A DNA stretch of 64,000 nucleotides from contig DAOUFE010000013.1 in the NCBI GenBank assembly GCA_034430215.1, positions 5,702 through 69,701 of the forward strand. The letters run 5' to 3'. The position numbers were made by a program, and so were the translations under genes. Source of the stretch: Anaerolineaceae bacterium (GTDB taxonomy: Bacteria; Chloroflexota; Anaerolineae; Anaerolineales; Anaerolineaceae). The notes under the pieces were generated by a model. That model was not told where the DNA came from, searched no databases, and worked only from the letters and a program-made list of their open reading frames with translations. Shown here one piece after another: positions 17,715-27,834 of the stretch (position 1 is its first letter; each line of letters begins with the position of its first letter).

Positions 17715-18337
17715 TAGATTTCCTCCATACGGCTCATCACACCGCGTAACTGTTGTCGGGCATAACTTAAACGACTTTTTACGGTTCCAATAGGGCAGTG
17801 ACATACTTCTGCAATTTCGTTCAGGTTCAATCCCTGATAAAAAACCAGTTCAAGCACCAGGCGATGTTCTGGTGATAATTGCCTCAAGCCCTGCCGGATT
17901 AACCTTGATTGTTCATTGGACTGGGCTTGCTCTTCAGGTTGTGGTTCCTCAGCAAAGAGATTGTCTTCCATCTCCTCTGAAATTGGGATAAGCCGATGAC
18001 GCAAGGATTTGCTCGCAGTGTGATGAATGATCCTCAAAAGCCAGGCGATGAGACGTCCGTCACCACGATATGAACCAGCAGAACGCCAGACTGCTTCCAG
18101 CGTATCCTGAACTACATCCTCCGCCTGTGCATGATCCGAAGTCAGGCACAGAGCATAGGTATACAATCGCTGACCATATACCAGATACAGTTCATGGAGG
18201 GCGTTTTCCTCTTTCGCTGCAATCCGGCTTATTAGTTCAAGATCGTACGCAGTATCAGAGGATATGGATTGCGTTCTCTCAGTTGTTTGAGAAAGGTTCA
18301 TTGTCAATTGCTTTGCCAGCATTTCGTCTTCACTCAT
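17714..18337 (-). CDS. ECF-type RNA polymerase sigma-70 factor
   Basis: Region 2 (AEDVVQDTLEAVWRSAGSY) and region 4 HTH (LNLNEIAEVCHCPIGTVKSRLSYARQQL). Confidence 0.85.
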   Translation of the reverse strand: MSEDEMLAKQLTMNLSQTTERTQSISSDTAYDLELISRIAAKEENALHELYLVYGQRLYTYALCLTSDHAQAEDVVQDTLEAVWRSAGSYRGDGRLIAWLLRIIHHTASKSLRHRLIPISEEMEDNLFAEEPQPEEQAQSNEQSRLIRQGLRQLSPEHRLVLELVFYQGLNLNEIAEVCHCPIGTVKSRLSYARQQLRGVMSRMEEI

Positions 18338-18643
18338 GTACTCTGGTAGTGTTCATAAATATGTACCACCATGAAGACAAAAGGTTCAAAATTGGGTTGG
18401 ATGTTTTGCTTACAAGACAAAACCAATTATTTCACTCTACAGTATAAAGCACCATCATTTCCGGAGCTTATTTCTGATAGCCTGATAAAAATTATGCACA
18501 CATTCCTTTGTAGATTTCTGTACAACAGTACTGTTTTTTCAAATGCAAAGTCCGATCCTTATGATTGTGTATAATCAAAACCCGAAGAATATGTTCCGCA
18601 TACTGACCTTTCATTGCACATATTCTACAGGGAGAACCAGATT

Positions 18644-19843
18644 ATGAATTATCGAACGCATCACGGATGCACCTTCTCTGAGATCGGTATTGGCTGTTAT
18701 GCCTTGAGCGGCGCATACGGTCAGAAAGACCCACACAGTTATCGCCAGATGCTGCAAAGGGCCATCGAGCTGGGCGTTACATTCTTTGATACTGCTAATA
18801 CATACGGAGATCTCGCTGAAGAGTTGCTGGGAGAAGTCATCCAACCGCACCGCTCCTCAATCTTTCTGGCTACCAAAGCTGGTATGCAAGGAAACCAGAC
18901 ACCCGACCTTTCCTTTAGGGGAATACTGAACGCCTGCGAAGGATCTTTGCGCCGGTTACAAACAGAATATATTGACCTGTATCAGATCCACTATGATGAT
19001 CCGCTTACACCCGTTGAAGAAACCCTTGAAGCTCTGGACGAGCTGTTAAAAGCTGGAAAAATTCGCAACTATGGTATTGGCCATTTGCCGATGGATCGCA
19101 TCCGTACATATCTGGAGACAGGGAAGATATTCTCGGGACAGTATGAGTTTAGTGCAGTGGCGAGGGATACCCGAAAAGAGATCCTTCCCCTGTTGCTCGC
19201 CCATAAAACTGGTATGATCGCTTTCAGCGTAACTGGGCGCGGCTTGTTGGCCAATCAGATTGGTAGAAAGCCATCTGTTGAATCGGGGGATATCCGTGTC
19301 ATCGATCCACTTTTTCAGCGCGATCGTTATCAATCTGCCCTGCGCATCACCAATAAATTTATCGAACTTGGTCAGCTTTATGGAAAAAGCAGCACACAAA
19401 CAGCGATAGCATGGGTATTGTCACAGCCTGGTGTGATCTGCGCGCTTACAGGTCCCTCATCCATTACACATCTGGAGGAAAATCTGGGTGGCTCAGGTTG
19501 GATGATCGCGAAAGAACACCTGGAAGAGCTGGAACAATTCTATACGGCAGAAGATGAGCGATTACAAAAAGAACTACGGCAAAGTATCAGAGGAATTCTG
19601 GTAAATCCACTCTCTTCTGACTCTACGCAGGCAATTCAGGACCTGATTTATGTGATCGAAACTGCTATTACATGTGGTTGGATCGAGCAGGAGAAGATCA
19701 TGCCGTATTTCATGGAAGTATGGCAGGAGAAAAAGGCAGGTAAACAGGCATCATTGCAAAAACTGGAATCAACGCGTCATGAAATAGCCAACTTGATCGA
19801 CCCCGATATACTGCTACGTCAGGTAGGTTCTTTACGTATATAA
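18644..19843 (+). CDS. aldo/keto reductase with a C-terminal extension of about 80 aa
   Basis: GIGCYALSG, FFDTANTYG, IDLYQIH and ICALTGPSSITHLEENL are AKR motifs. The ATG at 18644 follows GGGAGA. The ORF track start is 18614. Confidence 0.8.
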   Translation: MNYRTHHGCTFSEIGIGCYALSGAYGQKDPHSYRQMLQRAIELGVTFFDTANTYGDLAEELLGEVIQPHRSSIFLATKAGMQGNQTPDLSFRGILNACEGSLRRLQTEYIDLYQIHYDDPLTPVEETLEALDELLKAGKIRNYGIGHLPMDRIRTYLETGKIFSGQYEFSAVARDTRKEILPLLLAHKTGMIAFSVTGRGLLANQIGRKPSVESGDIRVIDPLFQRDRYQSALRITNKFIELGQLYGKSSTQTAIAWVLSQPGVICALTGPSSITHLEENLGGSGWMIAKEHLEELEQFYTAEDERLQKELRQSIRGILVNPLSSDSTQAIQDLIYVIETAITCGWIEQEKIMPYFMEVWQEKKAGKQASLQKLESTRHEIANLIDPDILLRQVGSLRI

Positions 19844-19905
19844 GTATTAGTGAAGCATTATGAAGAGAATTATCTTTCGGAAAATTATTATACGGAGTTT
19901 ACAGC

Positions 19906-20223
19906 ATGATTTCTAGAATATGGCATGGTTGGACCACACCTGAAAATGCAGATATTTATGAAGGTCTACTTAAGGAAGAGATCTTTGTTGGCATCCGCAG
20001 CCGGAACATACATGGTTATAAAGATATTCAATTGCTCCGACGAAACGTCGGAAAAGAGGTTGAGTTTATCACGATCATGTTGTTTGACTCGCTTGATGCT
20101 GTGCGAGAATTTGCTGGTGAAGATTATGAAGCAGCAGTAGTTCCACCTAAAGCGCGGGCTGTTCTTTCCCGCTTCGATGCTCGATCACAGCATTATGAAG
20201 TTCGAGTAGCAGGGGAAGGATAG
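19906..20223 (+). CDS. antibiotic-biosynthesis-monooxygenase (ABM)-like small protein
   Basis: 105-aa ORF. SRIWHGWTTPENADIYEGLL ... FDSLDAVREFAG resembles the ABM/dimeric alpha-beta barrel family. Confidence 0.5.
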   Translation: MISRIWHGWTTPENADIYEGLLKEEIFVGIRSRNIHGYKDIQLLRRNVGKEVEFITIMLFDSLDAVREFAGEDYEAAVVPPKARAVLSRFDARSQHYEVRVAGEG

Positions 20224-20264
20224 ATATTTTCCATTGCTATAATTTAAACCTCTGATGTTGTTGT

Positions 20265-20296
20265 GTAGCCATGTACGCTTTTTTCCACATGGCTAC
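20265..20296 (+). terminator. hairpin, possible terminator
   Basis: 10-bp stem gtagccatgt / acatggctac with a 12-nt loop, followed by ttctgttctt. The U-tract is weak. Confidence 0.35.
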
Positions 20297-20400
20297 TTCT
20301 GTTCTTGTATATCACTATTTTCGCAATCCTCTGAATAAGTGGTAAACTCTACTGCGTCAGGTCGAGAAGGAAACTGTAATAACATCCTTTTCGATCTTTA

Positions 20401-21594
20401 TTGATTGCATCAGAGGTTAATTTGGCTTCAGAAAAACTTATCACCCCACAAATTCAACAAGAATTGATCGAATTTACCCAGGATCTTGTTCGCATTAAGA
20501 GTTTTTCCGGGCAAGAGGAAGAAGTAATCCGGTTCATAGCCCAAAAGATGCAATCGCTGGATTATGACGACGTGATCATCGATGCCATGGGGAATGTCGT
20601 GGGGAAAATTGGAAACGGCGAGAAAATCCTGCAATTTGATTCACATGTTGATACCGTAACGGTGAACGATGCGGATGAGTGGGACCTCCCGCCATTCAAA
20701 GCCGACATAATTGACGGGCAATTATATGGCAGGGGTTCAGTGGATATGAAATCGGGGGCAGCTGCGTCAATTTATGCAGGTGCATTGGCAAAACGGTCTG
20801 GGTTACTTTCAGGTAAAACCATCTATGTTTCCTGCAGTGTGTTTGAGGAAGACTGCGATGGGGAAAACTTGAAGAATCTCTATCAAGAGTTAAATTTCAA
20901 GCCCCATTATGTCGTTATCTGTGAACCCTCAGAAAACAAGATCACGCTTGGGCACAAAGGAAAAGCCCAGGTTTGCATCAGAACACATGGCATTTCAGCT
21001 CATGGCTCAGCCCCTGAAAAAGGAGCCAATGCAGTCTATGAAATGGCAGAGATCATCCAGCGGGTTGAAAAGACGAACATCAACCTGATGCGACAGCCAG
21101 AACCACGTGGCACGCTGGTTTTATCATCTATCTCCTGCACAACAGCCTCATTGAATGCAGTGCCTTCTGAATGTGCTATCTATCTGGATAGAAGAATGGC
21201 ACCTGGAGAAACAGAAGCTGCCATCCGGCAAGAGATGGATCGATTGATCGAAGGGAAGAGAGCTACCTGGGAAATCGGCATACTCCAGCGTAAATGTTGG
21301 ACTGGTAAAGAAATCACCTATAAACCATTTCACATGGCGTGGAAGATAGCTGAAAACCATGAGCTTACCCTGGCTTGCAATGCAGCCTATCAGGATCATT
21401 TCGGAAAAACACCGTATGAATACGGTTTTTGGGATTTCAGCACAAACGCTGTCACACCAGTGAGTATGAGAATCCCTGTGATCGGTTTTGGACCGGGTAA
21501 TCCGAAATTAGCTCACATGCGAAATGAACGCTGTGAAATTCAGCAAATCATTGATGCCTGTGGTTTTTATACCAATCTGATACAACACATATAA
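20401..21594 (+). CDS. M20-family metallohydrolase (YgeY-like)
   Basis: HVDTV, GRGSVDMKSG and EEDCDGE metal-ligand contexts, and the N-terminal region resembles YgeY-type hydrolases. TTG start. Confidence 0.75.
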   Translation: MIASEVNLASEKLITPQIQQELIEFTQDLVRIKSFSGQEEEVIRFIAQKMQSLDYDDVIIDAMGNVVGKIGNGEKILQFDSHVDTVTVNDADEWDLPPFKADIIDGQLYGRGSVDMKSGAAASIYAGALAKRSGLLSGKTIYVSCSVFEEDCDGENLKNLYQELNFKPHYVVICEPSENKITLGHKGKAQVCIRTHGISAHGSAPEKGANAVYEMAEIIQRVEKTNINLMRQPEPRGTLVLSSISCTTASLNAVPSECAIYLDRRMAPGETEAAIRQEMDRLIEGKRATWEIGILQRKCWTGKEITYKPFHMAWKIAENHELTLACNAAYQDHFGKTPYEYGFWDFSTNAVTPVSMRIPVIGFGPGNPKLAHMRNERCEIQQIIDACGFYTNLIQHI

Positions 21595-21601
21595 AAGGCA
21601 A

Positions 21602-23032
21602 CTATTTCCAATAAGGCATCTGGTCATCCGCCGGGTTATTGGTCAGATTGGTAGGTTTGCTGCCATCAGGTTCCATCGTATAGATTTCCCAATTGCCATC
21701 CCGGTTCGTCTGGAATGCGATCAGCCTGCCATCCGGAGACCAGGCAGGCGACCACTCTTCAGCAGGATTGTTGGTCAGGTTCACTAATCCGCTGCCATCC
21801 ATATTGATCAGGAAAATATCCGATTGATCCTTCTGAACAGAGCGGAAAGCAATCTGCGTACCATCGGGTGACCAGATGGGCGTGTAATCGCTCCCCTTAT
21901 CATTGGTCAGGCGCTTTACATTAGTACCATCGCTATTCATCAGGTAGATGGAATAATATCCGGTGGTGTTATCCCTGTCTGAGACAAAGGCGATCTGTTT
22001 CCCGTCCGGTGACCAGGCAGGTGCAAAGTCATCTTTTGGGCTGTTGGTCAATCGAATGGGATTCGAACCGTCTGCATTCATCACATAAACCTCATTATTT
22101 CCATCTCGCCGTGAGGTAAAGGCAATCAGCTTCCCGTCTGGTGACCAGGCAGGAAAACCCTCATCAGAATTTTCCTGATTGGTCAGGTCAATGGGATTAC
22201 TACCATCCGCGTTCATCAAGCCAACATAACTTTTCGTGAGCCCAAATCCTGTAAAAACGATCTGACTGCCATCGGGTGAGAATGGACCCGGGAATGTGTT
22301 GGAATCACCCTGGGTCAGGCGGGTAACCTCAGCACTGGCAATATCCAGCATATAAAGGTCAGAATAATCACCACCACGATTGGAACCAAAAAGGATTTGA
22401 CCGCTGCCGCCCACGGGTGTTTGTTCTACTGCTGGGGTCGCTGTTTTTGATACCGCACTCACTGGAGAAATCTCATACCAGATATTGGCTATGAACCCTG
22501 CCGCATCCACTTCTGCAATCTGATCGAGTATTTCAGGGCTATCGCCAACACAATGCCAGCTATAAATGGTTTCATGTCCAGTGACATACATGGGAATACT
22601 ATTCGAATCGGGATTGGCTGCACAAAAATCCTTCAACTCTTGAGCAGGCGTTTTATCAATATTTGCCTTCGAATCACAGGGCAGGTTTGCGCCAAAATTA
22701 CAGGCATACACTTTGTTGTCCATACACCGCCAGATAGTAGTTTGCCTGAGCATTTCCATGGGTTCAGTGCTCGATTCAAGACCAGCTGCCTGTTTGAAAC
22801 CATCAATGATCTCATCCGGGATCGTTACTCCCGTATATCGAGCATCAGGGGAATCAATTGTTCCCATTGCTGAACAATAAGCAAATGGGTCAATGAATGT
22901 TTCGACCGTGGGTGTCTGCGTGGCAATTGGCAGAGTTGCTGTAAGAGAAGTTCTTGATATACTGGGAGCACAAGCCGATACAATCAAAGCCATAAAAATT
23001 ATCAAATAAATGGTCGTTGAAAATTTCTTCAT
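21602..23032 (-). CDS. lipoprotein with TolB-like PD40 beta-propeller repeats
   Basis: Signal peptide with lipobox-like LIVSAC. At least six repeats of the type DGSNPIRLTNSPKDDFAPAWSPDGKQIAF. Confidence 0.8.
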   Translation of the reverse strand: MKKFSTTIYLIIFMALIVSACAPSISRTSLTATLPIATQTPTVETFIDPFAYCSAMGTIDSPDARYTGVTIPDEIIDGFKQAAGLESSTEPMEMLRQTTIWRCMDNKVYACNFGANLPCDSKANIDKTPAQELKDFCAANPDSNSIPMYVTGHETIYSWHCVGDSPEILDQIAEVDAAGFIANIWYEISPVSAVSKTATPAVEQTPVGGSGQILFGSNRGGDYSDLYMLDIASAEVTRLTQGDSNTFPGPFSPDGSQIVFTGFGLTKSYVGLMNADGSNPIDLTNQENSDEGFPAWSPDGKLIAFTSRRDGNNEVYVMNADGSNPIRLTNSPKDDFAPAWSPDGKQIAFVSDRDNTTGYYSIYLMNSDGTNVKRLTNDKGSDYTPIWSPDGTQIAFRSVQKDQSDIFLINMDGSGLVNLTNNPAEEWSPAWSPDGRLIAFQTNRDGNWEIYTMEPDGSKPTNLTNNPADDQMPYWK

Positions 23033-23220
23033 TTTAATACTCCTGACTCACCTTAATATCCAGGCAAGTTGTTGATTTCCTATTTATTAACTTTTCTACA
23101 AGATCGATCCATTTCCATCATATCGCAATCAGAACTTTTTGGCTTGTTTTTGTGGCTTTCTTTGCCCTTTGTGGGGTAGAATCGACATACTTTAACTTGC
23201 ATGATAATCGAGGAATTGAA

Positions 23221-24330
23221 ATGACAGCAAAATCCAAAGTCGCAGTATTGTACACACAACCCGAAACAGTAATTCAAGATTATCAACACCTTTTCGAACT
23301 GGCGGGTGGGGCAGAAACGCTTCAGGCGCAGACCACCACAATTCTCAAAGATAATATCACCTGGCATTTTCCCATGCCGGCAGCCAATACAACCCCCTGG
23401 CAGCTTGAAGGCACTATCCTGGCTTTACAGCACGCTGGGTTCGATGACCTGGTGTGTGTACAAAACCAGACAGTAGTCACCAATGCTTTCAAGGGTGAAG
23501 ACCTGAACGGCTATGTGCCCATCTTTAAACATTATCAAATTCCGGTTCGTTACAATTTCCGCAAGGAAGACATGACATGGATACCGTTCCGTCCTAAAGC
23601 GAAAATGCTGGCATTGGATACCATTTATCCAGAAGGTATCATGATTCCTGATTACTTTATTGGGAAGAATATCGTCCACCTCCCCACAGTAAAGACACAC
23701 ATGTACACTACCACTACCGGTGCCATGAAAAATGCCTTTGGCGGGTTACTGAACAAGTACCGTCATTACACCCATACCTGGATCCACGAGACGTTAGTTG
23801 ACCTGCTGGCAATCCAGAAAGAGATCCATCCTGGGATATTTGCCATTATGGACGGTACCAGCTCTGGAAATGGAGCGGGACCACGAATGGTGAAGCCAGA
23901 GATCAAGAATATCATCCTGGCTTCTGCGGATCAGGTGGCGATCGATGCGGTGGCTGCAAAACTGATGGGTTTTGACCCACTCGGCATAAAGTATATTCGC
24001 CTGGCTCATGAGCATGGTCTGGGGATTGGCGATCCTCACGAGATCGAACTGGTAGGGGAAGATGTATCGAATGTGAACTGGAATTTCAAGGTGGGGCATA
24101 ACTCACACAGCTTCCTGGCATGGCTGGCGTGGTATGGTCCAACCAAAGCATTACAAAAACTGATCTTCCGCACACCCATATCCATCATTCCAACCTTCAT
24201 TGGTGAGGTTGAGCAAGATTACATGTACTGGCCTTTGAAATATAAGAAAGTCGCAGCACGCTGGCGCGAAGAAACTACCTGGGGGCATCTGTTCCATCAG
24301 TATCAAAAGCAGGGATATCTTAAGGAATAG
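23221..24330 (+). CDS. DUF362 domain-containing protein
   Basis: VHLPTVKTHMYTTTTGAMKNAFGG, IMDGTSSGNGAGP and ILASADQVAIDAVAAKLMGFDP are DUF362-like. The ATG at 23221 follows GAGGA. The ORF track start is 23152. Confidence 0.7.
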   Translation: MTAKSKVAVLYTQPETVIQDYQHLFELAGGAETLQAQTTTILKDNITWHFPMPAANTTPWQLEGTILALQHAGFDDLVCVQNQTVVTNAFKGEDLNGYVPIFKHYQIPVRYNFRKEDMTWIPFRPKAKMLALDTIYPEGIMIPDYFIGKNIVHLPTVKTHMYTTTTGAMKNAFGGLLNKYRHYTHTWIHETLVDLLAIQKEIHPGIFAIMDGTSSGNGAGPRMVKPEIKNIILASADQVAIDAVAAKLMGFDPLGIKYIRLAHEHGLGIGDPHEIELVGEDVSNVNWNFKVGHNSHSFLAWLAWYGPTKALQKLIFRTPISIIPTFIGEVEQDYMYWPLKYKKVAARWREETTWGHLFHQYQKQGYLKE

Positions 24331-24334
24331 GGTG

Positions 24335-24603
24335 ATGGATATTGCTCTTTCACGCTCTGCGAGAAAGCTTCAGATCGCTCAGGATATTCTTTCCGATCTC
24401 CACCTTTTTTGAAAGATAGAGCACTTTTGGTACTCCGATACTTGTGGGGCAGTAGCTTATGGGCTGGTGGTCGTGGCACCAGATATTGACATAGAGCGGT
24501 GATGAACGATGGTATTCGCACCCTGGCACAATTCAAGGATTGGCTTACTCGCAATCAATCGGATGCCCTAACCTTATGGACACCCCCGAAGAAACAAGGT
24601 TGA
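24335..24603 (+). pseudogene. decayed nucleotidyltransferase-domain gene
   Basis: An ATG-initiated frame is interrupted by TGA at 24410-24412. It resumes with CGAVAYGLVVVAPDIDIE (GS-x-DxD-type NTase motif), then ends in double TGA at 24500-24505. A protein-like continuation (DGIRTLAQFKDWLTRNQ...) lies in another frame. Confidence 0.35.
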
Positions 24604-24634
24604 TCTGTAAAGCTCTGGATAAACCAATTTTTCA

Positions 24635-25303
24635 TTAGTCGTCTTTTATACCCGCAGCAACAAATACCTGGATGGCTTGCACGATCTGTTCGAGTGCCTT
24701 CAGGGAAGCAGAGACATTATCAGGAATTTCAAGCCCGTGATTCATCCCTTCGATCACCAAAGACTGACCGTTTGTGATGGCTACAAGATTCTGAAATACC
24801 TCTGGCAGATAGAAGAAATCTGCCGTTCCCATGATGAATAGAGAACGAGGGTGGACCTCCTCGATACGTTTGACGAGCCATGTGTGGGTCAAAAGCGGTG
24901 TCAACCAGATGCAATGTGCGCTCTGATAACGCTTATCCGCCAAAAGATACCCCATTCCCAGGGTACCTAATGATTTCCCCACCAGGGTTATCTTATGATA
25001 TGCCTTCTGTGCCAATACCGCATTGCAGGCAGCAAAAACATCCATGGCGATCCAGTCATTCTGTTCCGCAGAGGTGCTGTCTTTAAAGCTGGTATGGTCG
25101 TAGGCATATTCCACTTGCAACAGGTCAGCCCCACTTTCGAGTAGAACTCTACCTGCGTAATGAAGGTCGGGTCTATCCACCGTATGTGAATATCCGGGAA
25201 GGATGATACCAATATGTACGGCGGGTTTATCCTGCGTGATATACGTGTTGGGAATCCGCCGTCCTCTGAAACCGATCACATCCAAACATTGCGTTTCCAT
25301 CAT
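24635..25303 (-). CDS. alpha/beta hydrolase (dienelactone hydrolase / KANL3-like)
   Basis: Nucleophile elbow LVGKSLGT and a C-terminal H in GMNHGLE. Length is 222 aa. Confidence 0.65.
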   Translation of the reverse strand: MMETQCLDVIGFRGRRIPNTYITQDKPAVHIGIILPGYSHTVDRPDLHYAGRVLLESGADLLQVEYAYDHTSFKDSTSAEQNDWIAMDVFAACNAVLAQKAYHKITLVGKSLGTLGMGYLLADKRYQSAHCIWLTPLLTHTWLVKRIEEVHPRSLFIMGTADFFYLPEVFQNLVAITNGQSLVIEGMNHGLEIPDNVSASLKALEQIVQAIQVFVAAGIKDD

Positions 25304-25358
25304 GAGCCCCTCTTATCAATCCTGAATACCCAATCCAAAGAAGTACTGAAGCCCAAAA

Positions 25359-25607
25359 TTAGTCACTCCTGGATTTCATCAGCGCATCCACGACAGCCAG
25401 AATAACACCTAAACCCATCAATCCGTAACCTACAATCCGGTTCTCGCTAAAAACTACACCGGCAACGATACAGGCAAAAGCAAGCCCTGCCAATACAGAC
25501 AGCCTTTTTACAGGTCTTTTCTTGTTGATCCAGAAAATAAACAAGGCAACAACGATGAGAGCTAAAACACCTATCGTGATCACAATGTAAGGGATGGATG
25601 TATTCAT
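25359..25607 (-). CDS. small membrane protein (2 TM)
   Basis: 82-aa ORF with two clear hydrophobic helices separated by a KKRPVKR loop. Confidence 0.45.
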   Translation of the reverse strand: MNTSIPYIVITIGVLALIVVALFIFWINKKRPVKRLSVLAGLAFACIVAGVVFSENRIVGYGLMGLGVILAVVDALMKSRSD

Positions 25608-25686
25608 GGCAACTCCTTTCTTTTACTCACAGCTCAAGTTGTCAATGAACGCACTAATGAATGAACCTCACTCTACACAACAAACA

Positions 25687-26385
25687 CTATTCATGCCCCA
25701 ATGCAAACTGCACGGCAGTTTCAGCATGGATGCGGGTAGTATCGAACAAAGGCACCGGGCTATCCTCTTGATGTACCAGCAGTCCAATCTCCGTACACCC
25801 CAGGATGATCCCCTGAGCGCCTTGACCTGCCATTTTCTCGATGATGCGGGTGTACTGCTGCCTTGATTCGCCTCGAATGGCACCCAGCACCAGCTCATCG
25901 TAAATGACCCGATGGATAATCTCCCGGTCTTTTTCCTCTGGGATGATGACCTGCAAACCAAATTTCTGCTCCAACCTGCCTTTATAGAAATCCTTCTCCA
26001 TGGTGAAGCGCGTTCCCAGCAACCCGATCTTTGTGATGCCAGCCGCTTTGACTACCTGGGCAGTAGCATCAGCAATGTGAATAAAGGGAACCTGGATGGT
26101 AGCTTCAATTTCATCTGATGAGATATGCATGGTATTGGTGCAGAGAAAAACGCAATCAGCACCTCCTGCCTGCAGACTCCTGGCTGCTTCTGCCAGCATT
26201 TTGCCAGCCTGTGCCCAATCTCCATCACGCTGCAGGATTTCTACTTCAGCAAAATCTACCGACAACAGGATGCATTTCGCAGAATGAAGCCCTCCCAATT
26301 GCCTTTTAATCCCTTCGTTGATGATACGATAATACTCCAGCGATGATTCCCAGCTCATGCCGCCGATCAGTCCGATGGTTCTCAT
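25687..26385 (-). CDS. aspartate/glutamate racemase family protein
   Basis: GLIGGMSWESS, VFLCTNTMH and IILGCTEIGLL carry the two catalytic-Cys contexts. The ATG at 26385 is preferred over the track start at 26406. Confidence 0.8.
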   Translation of the reverse strand: MRTIGLIGGMSWESSLEYYRIINEGIKRQLGGLHSAKCILLSVDFAEVEILQRDGDWAQAGKMLAEAARSLQAGGADCVFLCTNTMHISSDEIEATIQVPFIHIADATAQVVKAAGITKIGLLGTRFTMEKDFYKGRLEQKFGLQVIIPEEKDREIIHRVIYDELVLGAIRGESRQQYTRIIEKMAGQGAQGIILGCTEIGLLVHQEDSPVPLFDTTRIHAETAVQFALGHE

Positions 26386-26469
26386 ATTCTCTCCTTTGAT
26401 CCGCAATCAGCGAATATGTTTATTGTTATTGGTTGATCCTTGTTAAATATCTTTTCTTGTTGCTGCGGC

Positions 26470-27156
26470 TCATGCCAGTTCTTTTCTCATGCGGTAGAAG
26501 CCGGTATATCCGATTCGCCTATGGAATGATTCAATGAACACCTTTTTCACTGGCGCGAATCCAACCCGCTCATACAACTTGCGGGCACGATCGTTGTCGA
26601 CATCCACGGTCAGGCTGATTTTCTTGAAACCCAATGCTGAAGCTTTCCTCTCCGTTTGTGTCAGGATATGGCTGCCCAATCCTCTGCCCTGCTGCTCAGG
26701 AAGCACTGCCAGGTTGCTGATGAAATACTCATCATCCTCTGCTTCCTTGATGCCAGCAAGAGGGAGCGCCTTCACGAAAAATTGCAGGAATCCTTTCAGC
26801 CCCCTGATCTTGAGCAAATGCCATGCCATTGGTAGTTCAAGGGATTTCATCAGTTTTCCAGGGTAAGCCACCACCAGCCCTGCCAGCAGCTTTTCGATCA
26901 ATACGATCTGAGTGAATTGATAGCTGAAACGGTTGGATTTCATACGGAAAAGAGATTCCAGCACCTGCTGCCCATGCTGTAGATTGCCCATGCCAAATAG
27001 ATGATCCGCAGTGGTTTTCATGGTGAGATAGATCAGCCGGGATGCGAGTGGGGCTTGATCAGGTATGGCTGGTTGCAGGTCGGGAAACGAAGCGTATTGC
27101 ATCATTTGGGTATACCCAGGGGGTAAAAAATACTGCCCTTCGATTGGATTATACAT
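26470..27156 (-). CDS. GNAT-family N-acetyltransferase
   Basis: VLPEQQGRGLGSHILTQTERKASALGFKKISLTVDVDNDRARKLYERVGF. Confidence 0.75.
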   Translation of the reverse strand: MYNPIEGQYFLPPGYTQMMQYASFPDLQPAIPDQAPLASRLIYLTMKTTADHLFGMGNLQHGQQVLESLFRMKSNRFSYQFTQIVLIEKLLAGLVVAYPGKLMKSLELPMAWHLLKIRGLKGFLQFFVKALPLAGIKEAEDDEYFISNLAVLPEQQGRGLGSHILTQTERKASALGFKKISLTVDVDNDRARKLYERVGFAPVKKVFIESFHRRIGYTGFYRMRKELA

Positions 27157-27189
27157 CGGGAGGGCAGTCTGGCATCATTGTAAAATTCT

Positions 27190-27834
27190 TTATAGCTTCA
27201 GACAGGCATCAGCGCTCAACCAGAACAGACTCTCGCGGATCTCATGGCGCGACTGCCAGCCGCGATTATCCCATTCGGCACTGCTGAGATCATCCCCACC
27301 GTACAACACCTGCCCAAAAGACAGCCCACGGAACTGGGCAACTGCCATCATGCCAGCAGCTTCCATTTCCACCGTCAGGCAACCTTCCTCCTTGCGGTCA
27401 GCGATCTTGTTTGCAGTCTCACGATAAGGTGCATCGGTGGTCCAAGTCTTGCCCAACTGGTAAGGCACACCGCGCTCTTCAAGTGCGGATACCAGTGCCT
27501 GCACACCCGCCGGGTTTGCAGTGACTTCGCGAGATGGTGGCAGGTAGTGATGGCTCGCGCCTTCATCGCGCACAGCAGCGTTCACCACAATGAGATGACC
27601 TACTGCAATATCCTTCACCAGCACGCCGGCTCCGCCGCAAGCGATATACTTGCTGCAGCCAAGGGCGGTCACCTCTTCGAGCAAGCTGGCTGCCAAAGCT
27701 GAGCCAATACCGGGATGGAAAAACGCCAGCCGTTGCCCGTGATGTTCGATCTCGTACACCGGGTGCGGACCATCCTCCCAGCGGTTCTCGACCAGCGTTT
27801 GGGCATCATGCTCACTGATAACTTTCTCGAGCAC
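27190..27834 (-). CDS. nucleoside phosphorylase (PNP_UDP_1 family); true N-terminus probably further upstream
   Basis: GIGSALAASLLEE, DEGASHHY, TTDAPYRET and VEMEAAGM motifs. The track start is GTG at 27834, but the frame stays open and protein-like up to 27981. Confidence 0.75.
   Translation of the reverse strand: MLEKVISEHDAQTLVENRWEDGPHPVYEIEHHGQRLAFFHPGIGSALAASLLEEVTALGCSKYIACGGAGVLVKDIAVGHLIVVNAAVRDEGASHHYLPPSREVTANPAGVQALVSALEERGVPYQLGKTWTTDAPYRETANKIADRKEEGCLTVEMEAAGMMAVAQFRGLSFGQVLYGGDDLSSAEWDNRGWQSRHEIRESLFWLSADACLKL

Noticed and set aside
22059-22069. ggattcgaacc, which reads ggttcgaatcc on the minus strand, looks like a tRNA T-arm.
   Set aside because: It lies inside the PD40 repeat gene, encoding ADGSNPIRL. 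I found no acceptor or anticodon stems around it.
24410-24412. The in-frame TGA in the NTase-like frame could encode selenocysteine, given a YgeY-like gene elsewhere in the window.
   Set aside because: No SECIS-like hairpin follows it. The frame also has a double TGA and a frameshift downstream, so decay is the simpler reading.
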